This document shows positions 37,110 through 48,660 of a stretch of 64,000 nucleotides of DNA, piece after piece. Source of the stretch: Chrysemys picta bellii (taxonomy: Eukaryota); contig NC_088791.1 in assembly GCF_011386835.1 (NCBI RefSeq), positions 182,094,001-182,158,000 on the forward strand, read 5' to 3'. Within the stretch, counting starts at the first letter, position 1; every line of letters begins with the position of its first letter. Below the pieces are notes generated by a model that did not search any database, was not told the DNA's origin, and saw only the letters and a program-made list of their open reading frames with translations. The translations under genes and the position numbers were made by a program.

Positions 37110-39586
37110 TCTAATAAATTTGTTAGTCTCTAAGGTGCCACAAGTACTCCTGTTCTTCTTTTTTTAAGAAAGATAACGTAGCCCTAGGGCTAGAGATGAA
37201 ATCATGTGCATTCCACTGCCCACCTCCAAAATGCCTTCTAGAGTAGATTATTTAAAAAAAAAAAAAGCAAAAATTTTTGCAAAATATGTCATTGAAAAAT
37301 CTTGGGAAATCGTGAAAATGTTTGACCAGCTCCGCTGCCTGCTCCTCCCCTGGCCTTTCCACTCTCCCTGTGAGGACCCCGGACTTGCAGATAGGCCTCT
37401 GTAGAGTCCAAGGGGAAGGACACTGTCATGGAGGTGTCTGAGGCTCCCTTCCAGTGAGGATGGGTTGGGGAGTTGCACACCTCATCACACCCAAAAAAGG
37501 AGAATTCCTGCACTCATTATGTTACCAAGGGGGATTTTTTTAATGAAAGGGAAGGATGATGGATTTTGTAGTTTTTCATCCATCATTTCATTTGTATAAC
37601 ACCTTTCACACAATTTTAAGGATTTCACTCTTTTTGACTGCTACAGGCTTTTGAAGTATTTTAGACTCTGAACCTTCACAAAACTCAGGGTCCTTTAGAT
37701 CCAGTGTTGCATCTTGGGCATAGCTCTACTTTCAGAAACTATACTGGATGCCTTAAATTAGCTTCCAATTAAGACTTTTATAGTTAGTTAATTTTAGAGC
37801 TGCCCAGCTGCTGCTGTGGATCACCACAACCTGGATGGAGAAGGAAGGGGTAGATTCCCTCTGAAGTTCAGGTGCTGGAAGAACACTGGAACTTCCAAAT
37901 AGTCTCCTGGGGTTGAGATCTGACTTCTAAGGAGAGGCTTGTTTGTGTTTATATTTTATTCACATATGTTTTCCCTTCGCTATCCTTATAAAATATGCAA
38001 TAGTTACCTGTAAGAATGACTGGGTCAGCGTAGAGAGATTCTTGAGTAGTTTAGACCATTATTGTAGTATTCAAAGCAAAAAAATATTTTTCAGGACAAA
38101 CAAATTACTCTTCTGCAGGCTGAAACCTGGGCCTGAATTTATCAGGCATGATAAGACATTTAAGCGTGCCCCTCTTACCCTAGCCACAAAAAGCAAATAT
38201 CTGGTGTTTCTTTTCCCCCAAAATATCATTCTACACTACCCAATTCTTACCAGAATCAGGTCTCATTAAATCCAATAGCTGACCAGAAGAGATTTTACGA
38301 ATAGTATTGCATTTCTGATCAGTTATCAGAATAACCTCCAACTATAATCTTCATCTGGAACCTCAGACTATGCTGTACCTAAGACCTGAGGTTGTTTGGA
38401 AAGTTCCTCCATGGAGGTTTTATTTCTTTGCTATCATAGAGCTGTGCCTAGCATGACAAGGTTTCATATTTTGTGTATGTGAGTGAGTGGAAGGCTGTGG
38501 GGGTCAGAGTATGAACAGTGGTGCCTTTAATTAATATTTGATCTGGATTTTGGTATCATAAACTTTATTCTGATAGGAAAATGTCTCTTAAGTATGCAAG
38601 AATAGCCATTCTTCAGTGAGTGAGGTTACACCCGTCATCCATTGTTTACAAAATTTGTGTTTGAAGACAAAAATGAAACCAGCCAGTCTAGGGTCTATAA
38701 TATGCAGTGACAAATAAATAGATGTGCAGTGATATTTTAAAAAACATGCATTGGCTTTTTAGAAATATGCACACTGAGTATTAAACTTGAAGTTCCCAGT
38801 ACAGTGCTACAGAACCAGCATGCCCTTTTGTATTGTGTTCAGTGACTTTTTAAAAATGCTTTTAGGCACTGGAGGGCTGGGGGAGATGGGAAGGATGAGT
38901 CTGTCCTTTGTTGCATCCAGTTATACTGGCATGAGCTGGCAGGTGTGCAAATTAAGAATCTAATTAAGTCTTTGTGTTTTCAGGAAGCCAGGAATATACT
39001 GAATAATATACAGTATGCACTGTCTACTGTCTTGTCACATTAAACTGGCATGTGGTCTGGTTGATAGCATATGAGTGCAATGTGCAAAATGATCCATGTG
39101 TGGCCTATCCTGAAATGGCCAGCAAGGCACATATTATAAGAAGAGGTCGTTTTTCCCATAGAAAAGATTGAAACTATCAGTATAAAGCCTTGCTTTAGCT
39201 CCTCTAAATGTTTGGCTGGAAACCCTGATTTGGTCAGATTTATTTGGAAGGTAAAAAAGACTATTTCTTCATATTTCAAAAAAACCTCATCTAACTATTC
39301 TTTAATTATAAGTCATTAAAAAAATATCATCCAGGTATGAAATGTTGATTTGAGTCTCCCTCTGGCTCTAAGAACAATTTGTTATAACCCCTTCCAAGTT
39401 TCCATAGAATTATATCTCTTTGAAAGGTGAGGTACTGGTGTAACCTATTGTGAATAACCCACATTATTAATGACTTTTGTTATGTTTGACTATTTTTGAG
39501 AATTATTATTATGTTTATATTTACATCCCAGATTACTGGATTCTCTTTGAATGAAAGCGCTGACACTTGATGATGAGATATGTAAC

Positions 39587-39908
39587 TATTACAGCTGGCA
39601 AAAAATGCCATTTACACCCCCTTATCGCCCCCATCCCCAAGAAATTTTGAAAAAAAAAAGTTTCTTCAAAATTTCCCATTAAAATATTTTCCTTGAAAAA
39701 ACCCTGAAACTGAAAAACAAACATTGGGTTTAATTATTTTTGCCATCTTTTGGCTTCCCCCCCACTCAACCTTTTTATTTATCCTTTTTTCCAGTAGCAA
39801 AGTGAAACAAAGTAAAGGGTAAAGTGTTAAAGGGGACAACAAAAAACCTCAAAGTTTCACTTTTGTTTTTTCATTAAAAAAAGTCATCAAAGCATCTATT
39901 AACAGACA
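39587..39908. repeat. AT-rich degenerate non-autonomous element (agctgg...agctcta ends)
   Basis: Ends acagctggc / aatagctcta with an A/T-run-rich interior. Similar tracts near 8113, 19790-20300, 34200-34380 and 42565-42920. Confidence 0.35.
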
Positions 39909-40244
39909 AATAGCTCTAGTAACTATAAGTGATGCATGAGAAGAGTACATCTATATTCAGTTGGAAGCATGCTTCCCAGCTTGAGTAGACAGGCATATGC
40001 TAATTCTGTTAAAGCTAGTGTGCTATAAATAGCATTGTGTTTGGGGGTCCAGGCAGGTTTGTACTCAGGTACAGAGCTGCTGACTGTGCTTCCTCCAGCT
40101 ACACTGCTATTTTTAGAATGCTGGCTCTGCTTGAGCTAGCATACTAAAAATAGCAAATGTATGCATTGTAGAAATACCCAGAAGAGTACTGAATATAGGC
40201 TGGATCCAAAATAAAGTCAATTGGTAGTAGACTGCCTGCAAAAT

Positions 40245-41519
40245 ATAGAATCATAGAATCATAGAATATCAGGGTTGGAAGGGACCTCAGGAGGTCATCT
40301 AGTCCAATCCTCTGCTCAAAGCAGGACCAATCCCCAACTAAATCATCCCAGCCAGGGCTTTGTCAACCCTGACCTTAAAAACCTCTAAGGAAGGCAGATT
40401 CCACCACCTATAATATAGGTAACCCATTCCAGTGCTTCACAACCCTCCTAGTGAAAAAGTTTTTCCTAATATCCAACCTAAACCTCCCCCATTGCAACTT
40501 GAGACCATTACTCCTTGCTCTGCCATCTGCTACCACTGAGAACAGTCTAGATCCATCCTCTTTGGAACCCCCTTTCAGGTAGTTGAAAGCAGCTATCAAA
40601 TCCCCCCTCATTCTTCTCTTCTGCAGACTAAACAATCCCAGTTCCCTCAGCCTCTCCTCATAAGTCATGTGTTCCAGCCCCCTAATCATTTTTGTTGCCC
40701 TCCGCTGGACTCTTTCCAATTTTTCCACATCCTTCTTGTAGTGTAGGGCCCAAAACTGGATGCAGGACTCCAGATGAGGCCTCACCAATGCCGAATAGAG
40801 GAGAATGATCACATCCTTCAATCTGCTGACTATGCCCCTACTTATACAGCCCAAAATGTTGTTAGCCTTCTTGGCAACAAGAGCACACTGTTGACTCATA
40901 TCCAGCTTCTCAGCCACTGTAACCCCTAGGTCCTTTTCTGCAGAACTGCTGCCTAGCCATTCAGTTCCTAGTCTGTAGCAGTGCATGGGATTCTTCCATC
41001 CTAAGTACAGGACTCTGCAATTGTCCTTGTTGAACCTCATCAGATTTCTTTGGCCCAATCCTCTAATTTGTCTAGGTCCCTCTGTATCTTATCCCTACCC
41101 TCCAGTGTATCTACCACTCCTCCCAGTTTAGTGTCATCTGCAAATTTGCTGAGGGTGCAGTCCACGCCATCCTCCAGATCATTAATGAAGATATTTTACG
41201 AAACCAGGGCGACCCTTGGGGCACTCCGCTTGATACCGTCTGCCAACTAGACATGGAGCCATTGATCACTACCCCTTGAACCCGACAATCTAGCCAGCTT
41301 TCTATCCACCTTATAGTCCATTCATCCAGCCCGTACTTCTTTAACTTGCCGGCAAGAATACTGTGGGAGACCGTATCAAAATCTTTGCTAAAGTCAAGGA
41401 ATAACACATCCACTGCTTTCCCCTCATCCACAGAGCTAGTTATCTCATCATAGAAGGCAATTAGTTTAGTCAGGCATGACTTGCCCTTGGTGAATCCAGG
41501 CTGACTGTTCCTGATCACT
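40245..41519 (-). mobile_element. Relatively young 5'-truncated CR1 LINE (ORF2 RT 3' part, frameshifted)
   Basis: (TTCTATGA)n tail on the minus strand at 40245-40270. Translations [43 protein letters not shown] and [38 protein letters not shown]. Reading frame broken near 41200. Confidence 0.96.
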
Positions 41520-43371
41520 ATGTTCCTAGAGTCCCAAAAGCTCTCTCTCACCCTATGTGTGATTTATTGCAAAACCTGGGAAGGATTCTTGAATGCAGGT
41601 TTTTTTTTTCTTCAGTGGTTCTAAAATCTTAATAAGGGCTCTGGAGGGGATCTCCTCAGGACTAAATAGTCTGCTCCGTTAGCAGGGCACAAAAATGATC
41701 TAGAGATGATGAAACTTAACATTTCTGGTTTGTGCTGCTAGAGAAATGTTCTGAAAGTGCTGACTTCTTAGGACATGTTTGCACAAATTAAGACTCTTGT
41801 CTCATGACCAGATGAATACTGGCTCAAGTAAACAAAGAAAAGTATGTAGAGAAAGTTGGAAAGAACTGTGGAGAGAAAAGAAAATTCTGCTTTTCTATTA
41901 CTTTCAGTTTTTAACTGTAACCCATACTATGTATTGAAATTAAAGTTTAGCAAGACACCATCTTTCTCACTCTTTCCTGATGGAAATGAATGGGGGTATT
42001 TACGCATGGTGAGCATGCTTCATAACTCTAATTATATCACCTTATGGCTCCTTGTCATCTTTATCCTCCACCCCTTTTTCATGGTGCAGATGTTCCCCAG
42101 CTTTATTATCTAAACTATTGGGTCTTAAAAGCCTGTATTAAGTAAATGTATAAATGGTCCTTGTGGAAAATTAAACGGTGATATTAAAAATCATAATCAC
42201 AGCTCTCAAAATAATAATTAATCTTTTTAGGTACTGCACACCTGGACTTGTTGCCAATAGGTCCAGGTGTCATGGGAGACCCCAACTGTTTTAGAAGTGA
42301 TGTGATGAGTGCCTATATCCAGGACTGTATCACAGGACAATGAGCAAAGAATCTTTTAAAATAATTAGAAAATAAATTTTTGATTTTAAGATTAAAGCAG
42401 AGAATTCCAAAATTCATCACAAGCCATGTTTTAAAATTAATCTAGTTTATTTCCTTTAGTAAACATGATAAATGTTACATTCCAGTTAGCAGTTCAGACA
42501 AATCAAAAGGATTTACAAAATAATTTCATCTTCATTGTTTTTCACCAAAACAAAACCATGTCTTCATTAGACCGGGTGAAATGTTTTGGTTGAAACTTCC
42601 CACCCCCACCCCCATCCCCACCCCCCACTGAAAAATGCAGACTTAGGTTGACTGAAACATATAGCAAATGCCTGTTGAATTCACTGGATTGTTTTAATGG
42701 TGAAAAAAAACATTAAAAAAAAAGAAATCTAAACATTTCATGTTGATATTTTTTAAACTAAACATTTGAACTTCTTGATTCAAAATTACTTTTCTTGTTA
42801 AAATTAACTTCAATTTTATTTAAAAAAATACTAAAGGTGAAGAATCATCAGATGAAACTATTTGTTCAAACTGAAACCAAATTTCTGTAGACTTTTTAGT
42901 TCACTAAAAAATAGTTCTTATGTTTAAAGTGAAGCATATGAATTAATATTTTCATGTCTGGGTCCCTAAGAGAAGAAAATGTATTAAATTAGCAAACAAA
43001 ATATCTTTAATGACTATTAACATTGCAGCAGGACATATTCCATCCACTCAAACTCTTATAAGAACTGAAATAAGAATTTAAGGGGAAAGACTTGTGTATT
43101 CCTTGACACCTTCATATTGCATATAATATTGTTGATAACACACTCCAACATCCTCTAAGCAGGCTTTCACTTCCATTTCCAAAAGATACTAAAAAGCAAT
43201 ACGTGCCCCATCTTCATTAAACTTACCCTCCAATGCTAAACCTTGAGAGTGACTTTATATGCTTTTATATCCACTACAGCAATGGCTTAACACATCTAAC
43301 TGTTGCACATCCCGTGCATTTGGGATGTCAGGCTGCCTTAACACTGCTGAAGTCACTATAATCCTCTATGG

Positions 43372-43706
43372 TAGGGACCAGCAACCTCTGGCACGTGAGC
43401 CGCCAGGATAAGCCCCCTGGCAGGCCGGGCCGGTTTGTTTACCTGCCGCGCCCACAGGTTTGTACGATCGTGGCTCCCACTGGCCGTGGTTTGCCGCTCC
43501 AGGCCAATGGGGGCGGCGGGAAGCGGCACGGGCTGAGGGATGTGCTGGCCGCTGTTTCCCACCGCCCCCATTGGCCTGGAATGGCGAACCACGGCCAGTG
43601 GGAGCCACGATCGTACAAACCTGTGGGCGCGGCAGGTAAACAAACCGGCCCGGCCTGCCAGGGGGCTTACCCTGGCGGCTCGCGTGCCAGAGGTTGCCGA
43701 TCCCTG
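43372..43706. mobile_element. Palindromic hAT MITE
   Basis: TIRs tagggaccagcaacct / aggttgccgatccctg. Perfect 8-bp TSD ctctatgg (43364-43371, 43707-43714). Confidence 0.95.
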
Positions 43707-43954
43707 CTCTATGGATTGGAAGATAGGGGAGGTACATAACTCACATAATCATGCTGAGCAGTGGGGTACACAAATAAAATGTGCAACACATGACTGAAAA
43801 GTTAACATATGTTTGGTGATTTACTCCGAGTCCTATGCAGACTTACTGTCTCCCCACAGTTGGAACTTCTTGACTTTCAGATCCGTAGCTTAGATCTTTA
43901 CTATTCAATCTAAAGGAGTAATTCTTAGCCCCTTTGAAGACTATCCGCTGGTGG

Positions 43955-44077
43955 TAGGGTGACCAGATGCCCCGATTGTATAGGGACAGTCCTGATATTC
44001 AGGGCTTTTTCTAATATAGGCGCTTATTACCCCCCACTCGCGTTCAGATTTTTCACATTTGCTATCTGGTCACCCTA
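43955..44077. mobile_element. Short hAT-Blackjack-like MITE (MER81/MER94-type TIR)
   Basis: TIRs tagggtgaccagat / atctggtcacccta. TSD only 5/8. Confidence 0.78.
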
Positions 44078-45948
44078 AGTGGAGGACTGAGTCTCATTTC
44101 CCTGTAGTTTACACAGCTGTTTACTAGTCAGCAGTAACATATTGTTGATCAGGGATACTGGATTCTATCACTGGCTCTTCGGGAGGAATGTGGATTATAG
44201 TGTTTAGAGTTAGGGTAAGTTGCTTTGAAAGTCAGTGTGGCTCAGTTACTAAGAATGGTGTTTGTGTTATAAGAGACTTGGGTTTCTGCACTAACCTTGC
44301 ACAAGCACTTGTTTGAAAAATGGGGATAGAAGTGGAGTACTCAGCAGCTCTTACCTAACTGTCTTGTAAACTGGGATTCACGGTTTGAGTATTTAATACG
44401 GATCGTGAAATGCATGAGAATTTAAACAACAGCTAACAGAGTTGAGATTTTAACAGCTAGGCCTTGATTTCCTAGCAGAAGGAACTGTCCCCTAGGCTAA
44501 TGGGGCATTTGGTGAAAGAGTCTTTCTATGTTTAGCTTGGTGTATGTATTTTCCATTATGATTAAAACATCACAAAAATGATCTACAGACAAATACTACA
44601 AATATATAACTGGTATTCTGGTAATCAGAACATAAAGAGCAGCAATGTGGGAAGAGGATATATCCCAGAGGGTTTTAGATTTCTTGCAACAATGGGATAT
44701 AAAGAAAAGTGACATCTAGTCAAAAAAAGCCAAAGGAATCATTTTTTGACACATTGTTTTCTCCATAGTAATTCCTTTTTCACCAAAGCACCATGAAAAA
44801 TTCAAATAGTGTTCAATATTTATATCCTAAACTCTTGGCCATCTCAATGAGATTTAACCAAATTAAGGTTTAAATCTGTCAAACAGAACTCTGCAATAGG
44901 ATTAAGCTATGGTACCACTACCACTGCACCTTAATGATAAACTGTTACTTATCTCTTCAACACAACCCATTTCCTATTGACAAGTAATCAAATCAGACAA
45001 GAAACATAAGGTTAAGGGAAGAGACTGCAGCTCCTAACTGCTGTGAGGGCACCTGTGTAAGAGCTCAAGATAGTGGTGCCGCTTCCTTAGGAAAGTCCCA
45101 GTAAGATACCAACATGTTATCACTACAGTGAGTGCCTTCTGCAGGTCAGAACCAAGATTTACAGCCTGAGTTTGTTGAAACTTTAAAATGTAACAATGGA
45201 TTAAAAAGCTTACTGTTATAATGTAATCTTGACATTCAATATAGTTGAAAATAGTAGTAAATCTCTTGCTTTGGTGGAAAGAGGATGGGGAAAAAAACAA
45301 GATAGAAAGAATAAATAGAAAAAGGAGGACAGAAGGTCTGCTCTGGCAAACACAAGGAAAAATAGAAAATATTTAACTAAGCTACATTTGAGTTGTTTGC
45401 TATAACTACAGTGTTTGATTATTGGTCTTGGTTTCCATTTGATATAGAAATAAAATAAAATAAAAAAAATATTGGCATTACACAGTATCACAGGTTGAGT
45501 TAGACTCTGAGATTATTATTATCAATAGTAATGCCTGATGGCAACGAATAATTTTTGCTATGTACTTGAAGGTTAAATATCCAAATTGAACCTTTCAAGC
45601 TGAATTATTATGCCTTTTGTCTGGCTTATATTAGTCAAAATAAATAAATGAAATAGCTACATAAGTTCCTATGAACAAACAACAGGTATTTATCATAGTA
45701 TCATTTTCTTTCAAGCTTCACTTTCTCACTCTCTCTCCTTGGTTAGGGCTTGCTCAGTTAAACTTCCATCATTGCCTTGTTACTCTGGGTCCAGCTCTCA
45801 GTGGAAATTGGCATAAGATCTCAAACGTGGTTGTAACCTAGATAGGAAAGATACAAATATATTATTTATATATTGATCCTGTGTATTATAGTTCTTTGAC
45901 AGTAATCTTTTACTTTGATGTAGGAAGGCTCCAGAAAATTTGCCTTCA

Positions 45949-46288
45949 GGTTTAAAACAAATACAAGGAATTTCTTCTTCATGCAGCACACAGTCAACTT
46001 GTGGAACTCCTTACCTGAGGAGGTTGTGAAGGCTAGGACTATAACCCAGTTTAAAAGAGAACTAGATAAATTCAGGGTGCATTAATGGCTATTAGCCAGG
46101 ATGAGTAAGGAATGGTGTCCCTAGCCTCTGTTTGTCAGAGGATGGAGATGGATGGCAGGAGAGAGATCACTTGATCGTTGCCTGTTAGGTCCACTCCCTC
46201 TGGGGCACCTGGCATTGGGCACTGTCGGTAGACAAGATACTGGGCTAGATGGACCTTTGGTCTCACCCGGTATGGCCGTTCTTATGTT
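45949..46288 (+). mobile_element. CR1-family 3' end with long 3'UTR
   Basis: gtcaacttgtggaactcctt (end of ORF2) followed by gatactgggctagatggacctttggtc...ggccgttcttatgtt tail. Confidence 0.82.
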
Positions 46289-46469
46289 AGAAGCCTGGAA
46301 AGAAATTGTATGGTTCAAAAGTGATCATTGCAACCAATTACACAAACAAGTCAAAATGTCTTTACTATTTCCTAAGCAAGACTATGACTAAGTATATAAC
46401 ATCCATTGTCATGTAGTTTTCATGCTCATTCTAGCCTCGTGAGTCCAAACCTACTTGGACCCCTAGGGT

Positions 46470-46608
46470 ACTTACTTGGGCAGCTAGCCCAAGCTAGTGC
46501 GCATACTACCCCATGTCTACGCTGCTATTTTTATCACTGTTGTTCAAACAAATCTATTGGATATGTAGTTTACCTGTGCATGCTCCCAGCTGCAGTGTAG
46601 ACATACCC
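46470..46608. mobile_element. Right-end fragment of the gtctacac (Harbinger-like) MITE family
   Basis: Ends ctcccagctgcagtgtagacataccc, as in the 24626 element. Confidence 0.55.
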
Positions 46609-47084
46609 ATATTTGCCTGCTTAACATTTTGCATGTGATTAGCCGCACTGATTACTCACATACTTAGAATTATGCACATGCTAAAGATTTGCAGGATTGG
46701 GATCCAAGTGGGAGAACGGTGGATAGATCATTTTTAATAAAAAAATCCTGGAACCAAAGCTAGATTTACAAACACTTTGTGTGAACCTAAGACAATTTAC
46801 AGTTAAGGCTGAAAACCATATACAGTAAAACTAAATGGTTTTACATGTTTTCTCCTCCAAACCAATGAGATGTGTTGCCAAATGTGATACACTGCCTACT
46901 AGACAGACTAACACAAGCTTATGTTCCAAGTTGATTTAAGATATAGCAATGTGCTTTACATTGGACAATAATCTAATAGAGGTGACAAAGGAATAAATTA
47001 CAGGAGCAAGATGCATGGCTGAAAGCCACACTCTCCTGCTCCAATGAAGATGAGAATCTTTCCTAGAAATTGTTTCTTTATGAT

Positions 47085-47460
47085 TAATGACAACTGCAGG
47101 ATCAACAATGCCCTCAGCTCCAGAACTCCACTAATAAATGGCAGGCACAGACCTTTACTAAAGGTGAGCACAGAGATGATCCTCACCATAACCTTAGGTT
47201 TCTTTCCCATATTTACTAGCATCATCAGAAGCTTGTCTGGACTGTGCTTCATGCAACAAACTCTCATCCATGCCCCAGTCTCACATAAATACTGGAAAAA
47301 GCATTTGTCACCCTTATCTAGATCTGATGAAATGGAATTATAGAACTAGGTGTCATCAGCATAATGAAATCACTGCAGCCTGTAGCACCTCACTAACCCT
47401 CCTGATTGCTCCATGTACTCATTGAACAAGGTGAACAATTGTGGGATGCCTCATGAGCAC
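47085..47460 (-). mobile_element. Ancient L2-type LINE RT fragment
   Basis: TATGCTGATGACACC (YADDT) at 47349-47363 on the minus strand, then AWMRVCCMKHSPDKLLMMLV..GLCLPFISGVLELRALLILQLSL, resembling L2 WM...LKLNPxKTE...NLGVxLDxxL. Confidence 0.7.
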
Positions 47461-48438
47461 CTGCCAACACAACTATATTTAAAGCATTAAATAGGGAACA
47501 AATGCAGCCACAATAACTGGAGAACTTGTAGAGGGCATGTGGCAAAAAAATAAAGCATAAAAATGAGTATTGTCACCACATATCAACAAATTATGTTATC
47601 TACTGGTTTAGAAATTTCCTTGTGGAGTATGTCTGACCATTTTATGCAGTGGGAGCTATGTGAAATCCTTAGAAATCTCAATTAACTCAGTCACCAATGT
47701 TGAAATTCAGACATGGTGATTGTCTACCTTAAAATATGAATTCCTTTGTCAGTCTTTGCGCCCTTGATACTTTAAGTTTATTTTAGAACAATAAAATTGC
47801 AACATAATTTCTAAGACTAAAATATGCTTGTAATTGTGACTAAAATATTTGAATAATAATTAGTGCTTTTTTGCATAAATGGAATGAAATGTGCAGTTGG
47901 AATGCAGATAAATGGGCACAAGGGAAAACTGACAAACCTGAGTAATGTGATAATTGCTTGGTGCCACTATCATGTGGCTATCTTAAGACAACAAAAAGCC
48001 GTCTATATATCTTGTGTAACTTGCTGATGCAATTAGTGGACAATATAATTTTACTACTGTCATTAGCAATGAATTTCTCCCTTTGGGAGACTATATGACT
48101 TAGGGGAATGGTAACCAGGCACAGAGCCTTTGGCTTTACCAGAAAAGTCTAACTGAATTTTTTCAATCTAATTAAACAGGTGCAAATCCTTAATGTGGAT
48201 GCACTTAAACCTGGTATATCAAGTCAGCTTAATTTGGTAATTTACTGAAACAAGCTAAATTAAGCAAATGATAAACCAGTTTGTGTGTCTTTAAAGGTTT
48301 GTACTGGTTTAACTAGACTTGATTTAAAATAGTCGAATTAAACTGGTGCGACTCTTCTAGTGCACACCAAGGCCCAGAGGTTTTCTCTTGTAAGTAACTC
48401 ATATGAATGAATCTTCCCCAGGTTGCTAGGGTCTAAAA

Positions 48439-48660
48439 TCAGAGGGGTAGCCATGTTAGTCTGAATCTGTAAAAAGCAACAGAGGGTCCCGTGGCACCTT
48501 TAACACTAACAGAAGTATTGGGAGCATAAGCTTTCGTGGGTAAGAACCTCACTTCTTCACTTCTTGCATCTGAAGAAGTGAGGTTCTTACCCATGAAAGC
48601 TTATGCTCCCAATACTTCTGTTAGTCTTAAAAGTGCCACAGGACCCTCTGTTGCTTTTTT
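48439..48660. mobile_element. Miniature palindromic Penelope-like pLTR insertion
   Basis: Inverted arms 48471-48559 and 48571-48660 (4 substitutions seen). Flanks gggtctaaaa / gagtctaaaa (9/10 TSD). Confidence 0.9.
48566..48606 (+). ncRNA. Minimal type I hammerhead ribozyme motif with canonical CUGAAGA core
   Basis: GCAU-CUGAAGA-A-GUG(A)GGU(UCUU)ACCCAU-GAA-AGCU-U-AUGC. Confidence 0.75.

Larger units (their letters stand above)
35486..37165. mobile_element. Penelope-like retroelement (Neptune clade), two 5'-truncated copies joined head-to-head
   Basis: Perfect 12-bp TSD aagaaagataac (35474-35485, 37166-37177). Inverted arms ~35524-36105 and ~36585-37162. GIY-YIG ORFs on both strands and a hammerhead motif in each arm. 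Confidence 0.96.

Noticed and set aside
35486-37165. Autonomous Penelope element
   Set aside because: The RT catalytic core is absent, one endonuclease copy has a stop and the other lacks its N-terminal strand.
40245-41551. Functional CR1 ORF2, including the ORF start called at 41551
   Set aside because: It is 5'-truncated and frameshifted, and the called N-terminus comes from flanking DNA.
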